Of a DNA stretch of 64,000 nucleotides, positions 19,913-28,698 are shown in pieces (position 1 is the stretch's first letter; each line of letters begins with the position of its first letter). Made by a program: the position numbers and the translations under genes. The notes below the pieces were generated by a model, which was given only the letters and a program-made list of their open reading frames with translations, was not told where the DNA came from and made no database searches. The DNA is from Candidatus Poribacteria bacterium (GTDB lineage: Bacteria; Poribacteria; WGA-4E; WGA-3G): assembly GCA_965242965.1 (NCBI GenBank), contig OZ251518.1:4192001-4256000 (forward strand), in the 5' to 3' direction.

Positions 19913-20480
19913 GGCTTGGGCCCTCGCATGCCACACGCGCAGGCGAGCGGGTTTCCCTCGCCGTGCAACGATCTTCGCGAAAACTGTCTGAATCAGGATT
20001 TAAGGGCATTAGGGTACCGTAGGGCTTGGGCCCTCGCATGCCACACGCGCAGGCGAGCGGGTTTCCCTCGCCGTGCAACGATCTTCGCGAAAACTGTCTG
20101 AAGCAGGATTTAAGGGCATTGGGGTACCGTAGGGCGAGGGCCTGTCCCTCGCCGTGCAACGATCTTCGCGAAAACTGTCTGAAGCAGGATTTACCGGGTT
20201 AGAGGATTTTCAGGATTAGGCAATTTCTGGAGGAAGGTGACAGCATCGCGGGGGACAGGCCCCCGCGCTACGTATCTTCGGGCTGCATCGCGGGGGACAG
20301 GCCCCCGCGCTACGTATCTTGAGGGTGTTTCATAATTCCGTAGTTATCCCCCCTGGGGGGAGTGCCACGTATCGGGCCTACCTCTGTAGTTCGGGAGCAC
20401 CCGCTCCCGAACGGGTCAGGATCAGGCGATCCTGCCCTACAGAGGTGATGCAGTCTGCCAGCAAAACGCATGGCGAAGGA
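19909..20480. repeat. ~110-bp tandem REP units followed by a MITE left end (20321)
   Basis: Three related units containing CCCTCGCCGTGCAACGATCTTCGCGAAAACTGTCTGAA; GAGGGTGTTTCATAA at 20321. Confidence 0.8.
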
Positions 20481-20497
20481 ATAAACAAGCAAAAAAA

Positions 20498-22123
20498 ATG
20501 ACAAAATATATTTTCGTGACAGGCGGCGTTATCTCCGGTATCGGCAAAGGCATTACGACAGCATCGCTGGGCCGGTTGCTCATTAACCGCGGGTTTAAGG
20601 TGATGGTAGTCAAGATCGACCCGTACCTCAACGTTGATGCCGGCGTGATGAACCCGTTCCAACACGGTGAAGTGTTCGTCACACATGATGGTGCAGAGAC
20701 AGACTTGGATGTGGGCAACTATGAACGGTTTCTGGGCATCGATCTGAATCGGCACTCGAACTTCACCACCGGCTCCGTCTACAGCGAGGTTATCGCGAAG
20801 GAGCGGCGCGGCGATTATCTCGGCGAAACGGTGCAACTTATTCCGCACATCACCGATGAAATAAAACACCGCATTTATCAACTCGGCAAGGATACCGATG
20901 CGGACATCGTCATCACGGAGATAGGCGGCACCATCGGCGATTTCGAGATGCCACCGTTCGTGGAGGCAATCCGACAGATGGCGGTAGAAGTGGGACGCGA
21001 AAATACGATGTTCCTGCACGTTTCGCTGATTTATACGCTACCGAACGGCGAGAGCAAAAGCAAACCGACGCAGCACAGTATCCGCAAACTCCAAGAATTG
21101 GGTATCCAACCAGACCTTTTGCTTTGCCGCACCCGCCAACCGCTTGATAAAAGCGTGCGCACGAAAGTCGCGATGCTCTGCGGGATTAGCGAAGACTGCA
21201 TTCTTGAAGGGTTAGATACGAACTGCGTTGACGAGATTCCGCTTAATTTTGAAAAGCAGGGGATGGGCGCGCTCGTCTCAAAGCGACTCGGGCTGGAAAA
21301 GCGTGCATCGCAGGATACCGAATGGCGCGCGATGGTGGATAAACTCAAAAACCCGAAGCACACGGCGCGCATCGCCATCGTTGGAAAATATACCAGTGGC
21401 AGCGATGCCTACATCAGCGTGCAGGAGGCACTCAAACACGGCGGGATTGCCAACGAAGCAGCAATTGAGATGCGGTGGATAGACGCAGAGACACTCGTTG
21501 GCACTGCTTGTTGTAGCACCACTTTTGAAAATATGGACGGCATCCTCGTGCCGGGAGGGTTCGGGTATCGCGGCATTGACGGCATGCTCGTTGCGGCGCA
21601 ATATGCGCGCGAAAATCGTATCCCCTATTTAGGCCTCTGCCTCGGCATGCAGTGCCTCGTGATAGACTTCGCGCGGAACGTCGCTAACCTCCAAAACGCG
21701 AACAGCACGGAAGTCGATGCCGATACGCCGCATCCTGTCATCGATTTAATGGAGGAACAACGCGCCATCGCTGACCTCGGGGCGACGATGCGACTCGGCA
21801 TTTACCCGTGTGTTTTGAAAAAAGAGACGAAAAGTTACGCCGCATATCAGCAACCTATTATCGTGGAGCGGCACCGGCACCGGTATGAGTTCAACAACCG
21901 TTACCGCACGGAATTAGAATCGGCGGGGCTCTCTTTTAGCGGTGTTTCCCCAGACGAAAGCCTCGTTGAAATCGCGGAGGTAACGGCGCATCCGTGGATG
22001 GTAGGTTCGCAGTTCCATCCCGAATTTCAGTCAAAACCGCTTGCACCGCATCCCCTCTTCCGCGATTTTATCGCCGCGGCGTTGGGTTATCAAGAAAAAA
22101 ACGTCCACGTAAGCACTACGTAA
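20498..22123 (+). CDS. pyrG: CTP synthase
   Basis: KYIFVTGGVISGIGKG, DPYLNVD, GLCLGMQ, ERHRHRYE, QFHPE. Confidence 0.97.
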   Translation: MTKYIFVTGGVISGIGKGITTASLGRLLINRGFKVMVVKIDPYLNVDAGVMNPFQHGEVFVTHDGAETDLDVGNYERFLGIDLNRHSNFTTGSVYSEVIAKERRGDYLGETVQLIPHITDEIKHRIYQLGKDTDADIVITEIGGTIGDFEMPPFVEAIRQMAVEVGRENTMFLHVSLIYTLPNGESKSKPTQHSIRKLQELGIQPDLLLCRTRQPLDKSVRTKVAMLCGISEDCILEGLDTNCVDEIPLNFEKQGMGALVSKRLGLEKRASQDTEWRAMVDKLKNPKHTARIAIVGKYTSGSDAYISVQEALKHGGIANEAAIEMRWIDAETLVGTACCSTTFENMDGILVPGGFGYRGIDGMLVAAQYARENRIPYLGLCLGMQCLVIDFARNVANLQNANSTEVDADTPHPVIDLMEEQRAIADLGATMRLGIYPCVLKKETKSYAAYQQPIIVERHRHRYEFNNRYRTELESAGLSFSGVSPDESLVEIAEVTAHPWMVGSQFHPEFQSKPLAPHPLFRDFIAAALGYQEKNVHVSTT

Positions 22124-22141
22124 GCACAGATGGCTATAATT

Positions 22142-22338
22142 GGGCCTACCTCTGTAGTTCGGGAGCGCCCGCTCCCGAACGGTTCAGGATCGGGCGATCC
22201 TGAACTACAGGGGTGATGCGGTCTGCTAGCCAAACGCATGGCGAGGGACAGGCCCTCGCCCTACGTGAAGGGGCGGCGTTTTTTCACCGCAGCGCGGGGC
22301 CTGTCACCGCGACGTTGAGCGATTTATGAAACACGCTC
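22142..22338. repeat. REP cluster ending in a MITE right end
   Basis: Ends TATGAAACACGCTC; its first ~100 bp repeat 20374..20476. Confidence 0.75.
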
Positions 22339-22342
22339 ATAT

Positions 22343-23623
22343 ATGTCCGAATGGAGAAAACTTATGAAGAACACAGCCACAATCCACTCGCGCGCATGGT
22401 ATGGCGACGAAGAACTGACGCTGAATTTCCCTACCGGTTGGGAAGTGGAGATACTGGGCCCGAAAGATGGCCCCGCGCTCTCCGATGCCCAATTTGCGCA
22501 GGCATTCGCCGAACCCATCGGCACACCCCGCATCGCCGCAATGGCGAAGGGCAAAAAGAGTGCCGCCATCGTTGTCGATGACCTGAGTCGCCCGACACCT
22601 GCCGCCAAGGTCATCCCGTTTCTCCTCCGCGAACTCACCGAAGCCGGTGTCCCGAAATCGGAGATTCAGTTCGTCGTCGGAGGCGGTTCGCACCGGCCCC
22701 TCACGGATGCGGAAGCCGCCAAGAAAGTCGGCACCGATATCGCCGCCGAATACGAAGTGACGAGCCATAACTTTATGGCAGGAGATCTGCGCGCCTTGGG
22801 AAGTCTTGACAACGGCTTGCCCATCTATGTCAACCGTGTCGTCGCCGATGCCGAGTTCAAAATCTGCCTCGGCGGTATCTATCCGCACGGTGCCGTCGGT
22901 TTCGGCGGCGGCGCGAAACTCGTCGTCCCCGGCATCGCTGGGTTCGCAACGATGTTCTACTTCCATTCGTTCTCACCGAGCCGTGGGCACGCCGTAATTG
23001 AACGCCAGGGAAACGAACCAGATCATCGCGATTTCTCCGAGGCGGTGGCGCGAAAACTGGGACTTGACGTTATTGCCAACGTTGTGCTGAATAGCCGCCG
23101 CGAAATCTGCGGCTTGTTCGTGGGTGACTTCGTGCAGGCGCATCGCAAAGGCGCGCATTTCGCTTTGGATACTTACGGCACCGTCATACCGGAAACTAGC
23201 CGAAAAGCGACAGACCTGGTTGTATTGAACTGCTATCCGCTCGATGCCGATCCGATTCAGACAGGGAAGGCACTCTGGGCCCCGCGCTATTTCGAGAAGG
23301 CGTGGAAGTTGGCACTCAACCCTGCCACCGATGGTATCTGCTATCACGGCCTGTTTGACCAGGTAGATTATGCGCGGTTCCTGCGGCAGCGGGAAGGGAA
23401 GGCGCAGCCTGAGTTGCCCGCGCCGCGACTCGGGCGGCGGGAGCAACTGCACGTCTGGTCCGAGCATTTTCGGGTAGATGATTTCTATAAGAAACATCCG
23501 GATGCGTTGCTCTTCCGCGATTTGGCGCAGCTGCTCCAATTATTCGCGGAGAAACTGCCAGCGAATGCGAAGGTGGCGGTGCTGCCTGCCGCTGGCATCC
23601 AGGTCCTCGCAGCGGGCAATTAA
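22343..23623 (+). CDS. LarA (lactate racemase) family nickel-pincer isomerase homolog
   Basis: ALxxPIG-like AFAEPIGTP, DDLSRPTP, GSHRP, PHGAVGFGGGAKLVVPGIAG. Confidence 0.82.
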   Translation: MSEWRKLMKNTATIHSRAWYGDEELTLNFPTGWEVEILGPKDGPALSDAQFAQAFAEPIGTPRIAAMAKGKKSAAIVVDDLSRPTPAAKVIPFLLRELTEAGVPKSEIQFVVGGGSHRPLTDAEAAKKVGTDIAAEYEVTSHNFMAGDLRALGSLDNGLPIYVNRVVADAEFKICLGGIYPHGAVGFGGGAKLVVPGIAGFATMFYFHSFSPSRGHAVIERQGNEPDHRDFSEAVARKLGLDVIANVVLNSRREICGLFVGDFVQAHRKGAHFALDTYGTVIPETSRKATDLVVLNCYPLDADPIQTGKALWAPRYFEKAWKLALNPATDGICYHGLFDQVDYARFLRQREGKAQPELPAPRLGRREQLHVWSEHFRVDDFYKKHPDALLFRDLAQLLQLFAEKLPANAKVAVLPAAGIQVLAAGN

Positions 23624-23625
23624 TC

Positions 23626-24100
23626 GAGGGTGTTTCATATTTCGATGTGTTCGGTAGGAGAGACCTCGGGGCTCGATTTCCGGTAGGCGAGACCTCCTGG
23701 TCTCGATGTTCCCGTAGCGCGGGGGCCTGTCCCCCGCGATCTCCATCGGCACGATTTCTTCGTAGTGCGGGGGCCTGTCCCCCGCGAGCGTCCATCGTCA
23801 AGTTATGTTTTTAGGTCCTTCAGGACCTGAAGAGAACAAGAGACATTTTTTCCGTAGCGCGGACGATGGCGAGGGACAGGCCCTCGCCCTACGGTACCGC
23901 ACGCCGTTTTTTTTCGTAGCGCGTGGGCCCTCGGATGCCACACGCGCATCCGAGCGGGTTTCCCCCGCGAGCGTTGGAGTGCGCGGACGCTGGCGAGGGA
24001 CCTATTGCATCGAGACCAGGAGGTCTCTCCTACCGGGAAAACGGAAGCGTTCGAGGTCTCACGAAACCATTTTTACAAAAACGAGTTATGAAACACTCTC
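23626..24100. mobile_element. MITE-like element with REP modules
   Basis: GAGGGTGTTTCATA ... TATGAAACACTCTC; 8-bp direct repeat AATTAATC. Confidence 0.82.
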
Positions 24101-24137
24101 AATTAATCCGTCCTTTCATCGGAGCAATTCTTGAAAC

Positions 24138-24653
24138 ATGTTAAAAAAACTTAACACCACCCTCGGCAAGATTGAAACCGGACTGTTATGCGGCATCGTC
24201 GCGATGATGGTAGGGCTCGCAATCCTCAAAATCGTCCTGCGCTATATCTTCCACACTAGTCTCCTGTGGAGCGATGTAATGTTGCAACACTTGACGCTCT
24301 GGCTTTGCTTCCTCGGTGCCGCTCTCGCTACTTGCGAGAGGCGACACATCAGCATCGATGTGCTAAACCGAATTTTGCCCAAAAACATTACGCGCTGGAG
24401 CACGCTCATCGTGGATAGTCTCAGTCTTCTCGTGGTGGCAATTCTCGCCTATTACGGGTTTGAATTTCTCGGAGACGAACGGCAGAGTCCGGCGGTGCTA
24501 ATTGGGAGCATTCCGCTGTGGTGGGCAAAGGCGATTATTCCGTTCGGGTTTGTGTTAATCGGGGTGCATCTGATCCTCCAACTGGGTTTGTGGTTCTCGG
24601 AAAATCATAATCAGGAGAATGAGGAAAATCAAGAACGGGAGCGCGCAGACTGA
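24138..24653 (+). CDS. dctQ: TRAP transporter small permease
   Basis: 4 TM helices, LWLCFLGAALA...RHISIDVL. Confidence 0.85.
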   Translation: MLKKLNTTLGKIETGLLCGIVAMMVGLAILKIVLRYIFHTSLLWSDVMLQHLTLWLCFLGAALATCERRHISIDVLNRILPKNITRWSTLIVDSLSLLVVAILAYYGFEFLGDERQSPAVLIGSIPLWWAKAIIPFGFVLIGVHLILQLGLWFSENHNQENEENQERERAD

Positions 24654-24661
24654 GGGACATC

Positions 24662-25144
24662 GAGGGTGTTTCATATACCAATGCCTTGCCGGTAGGAGAG
24701 ACCTCCTGGTCTCGATGCAATCGGGCGGCGCGCCTCCCGGGGTCGCGGCGGCAGAAGGTCCCCCCTTCATCGGAGGGCGAAAGCCTGTCCCTCGCCATCG
24801 CTCGCGCGCCAGGTTCTGTAAGTCAGGATCGCCTGCTCCTGACCCGTTTGTGATCAGGCGATCACAAACTACAGATGCGGAAACACACATCGTGACGATG
24901 GACAACGCGGGGGAAACCCGCTCGGATGCGCGTATGGCATCCGAGGGCCCCCGCGCTACGATAAAAAACGTCTCTTAGGTCCTAAAAGACCTAAAACGCC
25001 ACCGCTTGACGATGGCGATCGCGGGGGACAGGCCCCCGCGCTACGGGAACATCGAGACCAGGAGGGCTCTCCTACGGGGACATCAATTGCATCGAGACCG
25101 GGAGGGCTCTCCTACGGGTGTGCATCGATTTATGAAACACCCTC
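24662..25144. mobile_element. MITE-like element between dctQ and dctM
   Basis: Perfect TIRs GAGGGTGTTTCATA / TATGAAACACCCTC; degenerate flanks AGGGACATC / AGGTAAATC. Confidence 0.75.
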
Positions 25145-25177
25145 AGGTAAATCAAGAATGGAAGGAGAAAGAAACGC

Positions 25178-26464
25178 ATGGGTATCTTAATTGGCGGGGG
25201 ATTGGTGCTGTTCGCGCTGTTTGGCGGCGCGCTGTTCGCACTGCTCGGCGCGGCGGCGATTATCGGCTACGCCACCGCCGGCGAACCTATCTCCACGGTG
25301 CTAATCGATTTCAATCGACTCACGAAGAATCCGACGATTCTGGTGATTCCGCTGTTTACGTTCGCCGGGTATCTGCTGGCAGAAGGCAAGGCACCGCGCC
25401 GGCTGATTGCGTTCGCGCGAGCGAGCGTCGGATGGGCACCCGGCGGTATCGCCATCGTCGTGCTGTTTACGTGCGCGTTTTTTACCACCTTCACCGGCGC
25501 ATCAGGCATCACGATTATCGCACTCGGCGGCTTGCTATTTCCTGTCCTGCGTCAAACTTATACCGAACGGTTTTCACTCGGGCTCGTCACTGCATCTGGA
25601 AGCATCGGGTTGCTCTTTCCACCGAGCATTCCGCTCATCCTCTACGCGATTATCGCGCGGGAGAGCATCGACAGGATGTTACTCGCAGGGATTATTCCCG
25701 GCCTGCTCATCCTCTTTGTTCTCGGCACTTACTGTTGCGGGTGGAGTCTCATCAAACGGACAGAAACAACGCCGTTTGACGCGGGGGCACTAATACGAAC
25801 ACTTTGGGAAGCGAAATGGGAACTGCTCCTACCGTTTCTGGTGTTAGGCGGTATCTTATCCGGCTGGATTACGCTTGACGAGGCGGCGGCGTTAACGGCT
25901 ATTTATGTCTTCGTCGTTGAAGTCTGCATCCATCGTTCTATCTCCGTGCGAGATTTGCCGCGCATTGTCAAGGAGAGCATGCTGTTAGTCGGCGCGATTC
26001 TCATTATTCTCGGCATCGCCCTCGGATTGACAAACTATCTCATCACGCTGGACGTGCCGACGAGTGTGCTGGAGTGGATTCAAGCCAAAACCGAAAACAG
26101 AGTCATCATGCTGATTGGGCTCAACATCTTCCTGCTCATCGTCGGCTGCTTGATGGACATCTTCTCTGCGATTATCATCGTGGTGCCGCTGCTACTGCCC
26201 CTCGCGGAGGAGTTCGGGATTGACAAGGCGCACCTCGGCATTATTGTCTTGACGAACCTTGAAATCGGGTATTTGACACCCCCGGTAGGGATGAATCTGT
26301 TCATTTCCAGCCTGAAATTTGAACGCCCGGTGGTGCTGCTTTATCGTTCCGTGTTGCTGTTTATCGGCTTATTGCTGATAGCCCTCTTGCTGGTGACATA
26401 TTTGCCGGAGTTGAGTTTGTGGCTGCCGCGGGTGTTGGGGAAAACGCCGCTGTCGATTTTGTGA
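25178..26464 (+). CDS. dctM: TRAP transporter large permease
   Basis: IPLFTFAG, SGSIGLLFPPSIP, EIGYLTPPVGMNLF. Confidence 0.9.
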   Translation: MGILIGGGLVLFALFGGALFALLGAAAIIGYATAGEPISTVLIDFNRLTKNPTILVIPLFTFAGYLLAEGKAPRRLIAFARASVGWAPGGIAIVVLFTCAFFTTFTGASGITIIALGGLLFPVLRQTYTERFSLGLVTASGSIGLLFPPSIPLILYAIIARESIDRMLLAGIIPGLLILFVLGTYCCGWSLIKRTETTPFDAGALIRTLWEAKWELLLPFLVLGGILSGWITLDEAAALTAIYVFVVEVCIHRSISVRDLPRIVKESMLLVGAILIILGIALGLTNYLITLDVPTSVLEWIQAKTENRVIMLIGLNIFLLIVGCLMDIFSAIIIVVPLLLPLAEEFGIDKAHLGIIVLTNLEIGYLTPPVGMNLFISSLKFERPVVLLYRSVLLFIGLLLIALLLVTYLPELSLWLPRVLGKTPLSIL

Positions 26465-26494
26465 GAAATGGACAGATAGAGAGATCCGCGTCTG

Positions 26495-26782
26495 CCACGG
26501 GCATGGCGAGGGACAGGCCCTCGCCCTACGGTGAGGGGGGGCGTTTTTTCCCGTAGCGCGGGGGCCCTCGGATGCCACACGCGCATCCGAGCGGGTTTCC
26601 CCCGCGATCGTTGGGTGGCACGAACGATGGCGAGGGACAGGCCCTCGCCCTACGGTGAAGTGCCGTTTTTTTCGTAGCGCGGGGGCCTGTCCCCCGCGAG
26701 CGAAGGTGGACCCGATGCCTGCCGGTATTCGCCCGCCCGCCAAGGCGGGATACATACCGAAACGGCGTTAGGAAACACCCTC
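26495..26782. repeat. REP cluster ending in a MITE right end
   Basis: REP palindromes; ends TTAGGAAACACCCTC directly against the cas2 remnant. Confidence 0.7.
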
Positions 26783-26784
26783 AC

Positions 26785-26890
26785 AATATTGCAGACAACC
26801 GGCGGCAGAATCAACTCGCGAAAGTGCTGGAAGGATTCGGTTACCGCGTCCAGCGCAGCGTTTTTGAAGCGCGTCTCAGCACCCAAACGC
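26785..26890 (+). pseudogene. cas2: cas2 fragment
   Basis: Translates NIADNRRQNQLAKVLEGFGYRVQRSVFEARLS, matching Cas2 (YDI.D..R...AK.L...G.RVQ.SVFE); no start codon, C-terminal half missing. Confidence 0.8.
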
Positions 26891-26971
26891 TCCCGGTCTC
26901 TGAGCCACCGCGCGGCTTATCCGCTCGGAAAGGGGAATTTTCCATCAACCTTCTGAAAAATTTAAAAAAAT

Positions 26972-27239
26972 TTGACATTTCCGTTCATTTATCGTATAAT
27001 TAATAACGAAGACCCAAATGCGATACGCGCCGCCACGCTCGGCAACCCCACAATTACCCACAAACCGCTGTGTCACAGGGGTTTTGGAGACATCGTGCGA
27101 GAACATCGCGTTTGGATCAAGGAGGACAAGGGTTCTTGCGTATTTTCGCAGAACCTGCGCCCGAAAAAACGCCCGCTTTGAATCGCGTTTGGCTCTGGGC
27201 TTTTGATACCCGGGCACAGAGGGGTTCAAAAGCATAGGG
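26972..27239 (+). promoter_or_regulatory. CRISPR leader 1 with sigma70 promoter
   Basis: TTGACA(26972)-17-TATAAT(26995); homologous to leader 2 (GGACAAGGGTTCTTGCG...GCACAGAGGG.TTCAAAAGCATAGGG). Confidence 0.85.
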
Positions 27240-28546
27240 GTTTGGAAACGCCTTCCCGTTTGAAGGGAATAGAAACTTCCTCGAAGAATGCCCGGTTCAA
27301 TTCGGTGAGGGCTTTGTTTGGAAACGCCTTCCCGTTTGAAGGGAATAGAAACAAACGGTTATCCTGAATTCGGCTATCAGGCTTTGCTTCTTGTTTGGAA
27401 ACGCCTTCCCGTTTGAAGGGAATAGAAACTTGAACTTGATTGCTTCGATTTCGACCCCGTAAGTAAAGTTTGGAAACGCCTTCCCGGTTGAAGGGAATAG
27501 AAACATGAGGTCCGTCGCTTTCTTGGCACTGCCGATGATGGGTTCGGAAACGCCGTCCCGTTTGAAGGGAATAGAAACAAAAGCACCGCCTTCCGCTCGA
27601 TCGGTTTCAAACGGCGTTTGGAAACGCCGTCCCGTTTGAAGGGAATAGAAACTCGATCGGTTTAAGGCTTGCGAGGGCCTGTCTTAACGGTTTGGAAACG
27701 CCTTCCCGTTTGAAGGGAATAGAAACTTGTCAAACTTGTTCGTTTGGACCTGAATCTGTCCTAAGTTTGGAAACGCCTTCCCGTTTGAAGGGAATAGAAA
27801 CGATAACGCCGTTTCGCCCATCGCTTCGCGAGCCTCAACGTTTGGAAACGCCTTCCCGTTTGAAGGGAATAGAAACCGGCGATACATTCAGGCACGCACT
27901 CAGTGCATCCGCGTTTGGAAACGCCTTCCCGTTTGAAGGGAATAGAAACATAAGCCCGTAGTGCTTATGGCTCGTGGTAATCCCAAGTTTGGAAACGCCT
28001 TCCCGTTTGAAGGGAATAGAAACTCCCAGCAGACCTTACAATAATCGCCCTCGATATAGTTTGGAAACGCCTTCCCGTTTGAAGGGAATAGAAACTGTTT
28101 GGTATAATCGCAGGTAAAATGACTAAAACTAATGTTTGGAAACGCCTTCCCGTTTGAAGGGAATAGAAACGTAAAATAAACACTCGTCTCGATCGGGCTG
28201 TGTACCGTTTGGAAACGCCGTCCCGTTTGAAGGGAATAGAAACTTGAAAGTAGAATAATTAGTTCGCGAAGTAATAGGTTTAGTTCGGAAACGCCTTCCC
28301 GCTTGAAGGGAATAGAAACACCTTCGCAGACATCGCATCCATCGGCTGGATATGGAGTTTGGAAACGCCTTCCCGCTTGAAGGGAATAGAAACCTATCAA
28401 CCGTTATTGCTCCTTGAAGCGTACGATCGAAGAGTTTGGAAACGCCTTCCCGCTTGAAGGGAATAGAAACAACGCACCTTGCGGCTGACGATCAAAGACG
28501 ACGAAGTGAATTAGGAAACGCCTTCCCGCTTGAAGGGAATAGAAAC
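27240..28546 (+). CRISPR. CRISPR array 1: 18 repeats, 17 spacers
   Basis: 37-bp repeat GTTTGGAAACGCCTTCCCGTTTGAAGGGAATAGAAAC with unique spacers of about 35-40 nt; distal repeats degenerate. Confidence 0.98.
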
Positions 28547-28698
28547 TTTTTACTCACAACACGGCAGCAAAACGCAAACCGCGAAACGTGAAAAAAGGAG
28601 CAATTGACAATGAGACCAGGAGGGCTCGCCTACCCGGAAGAAATCGAGATATGAAACACCCGCAAAATAGGTTACCTAGTTGAAGAGGAAACAACAAC

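Noticed and set aside
27297-28400. ORFs with repeated FLFPSNGKAFPN / FYSLQTGRRFQT / LETPSRLKGIET (also 42926-44640)
   Set aside because: Translations of CRISPR repeats, not proteins
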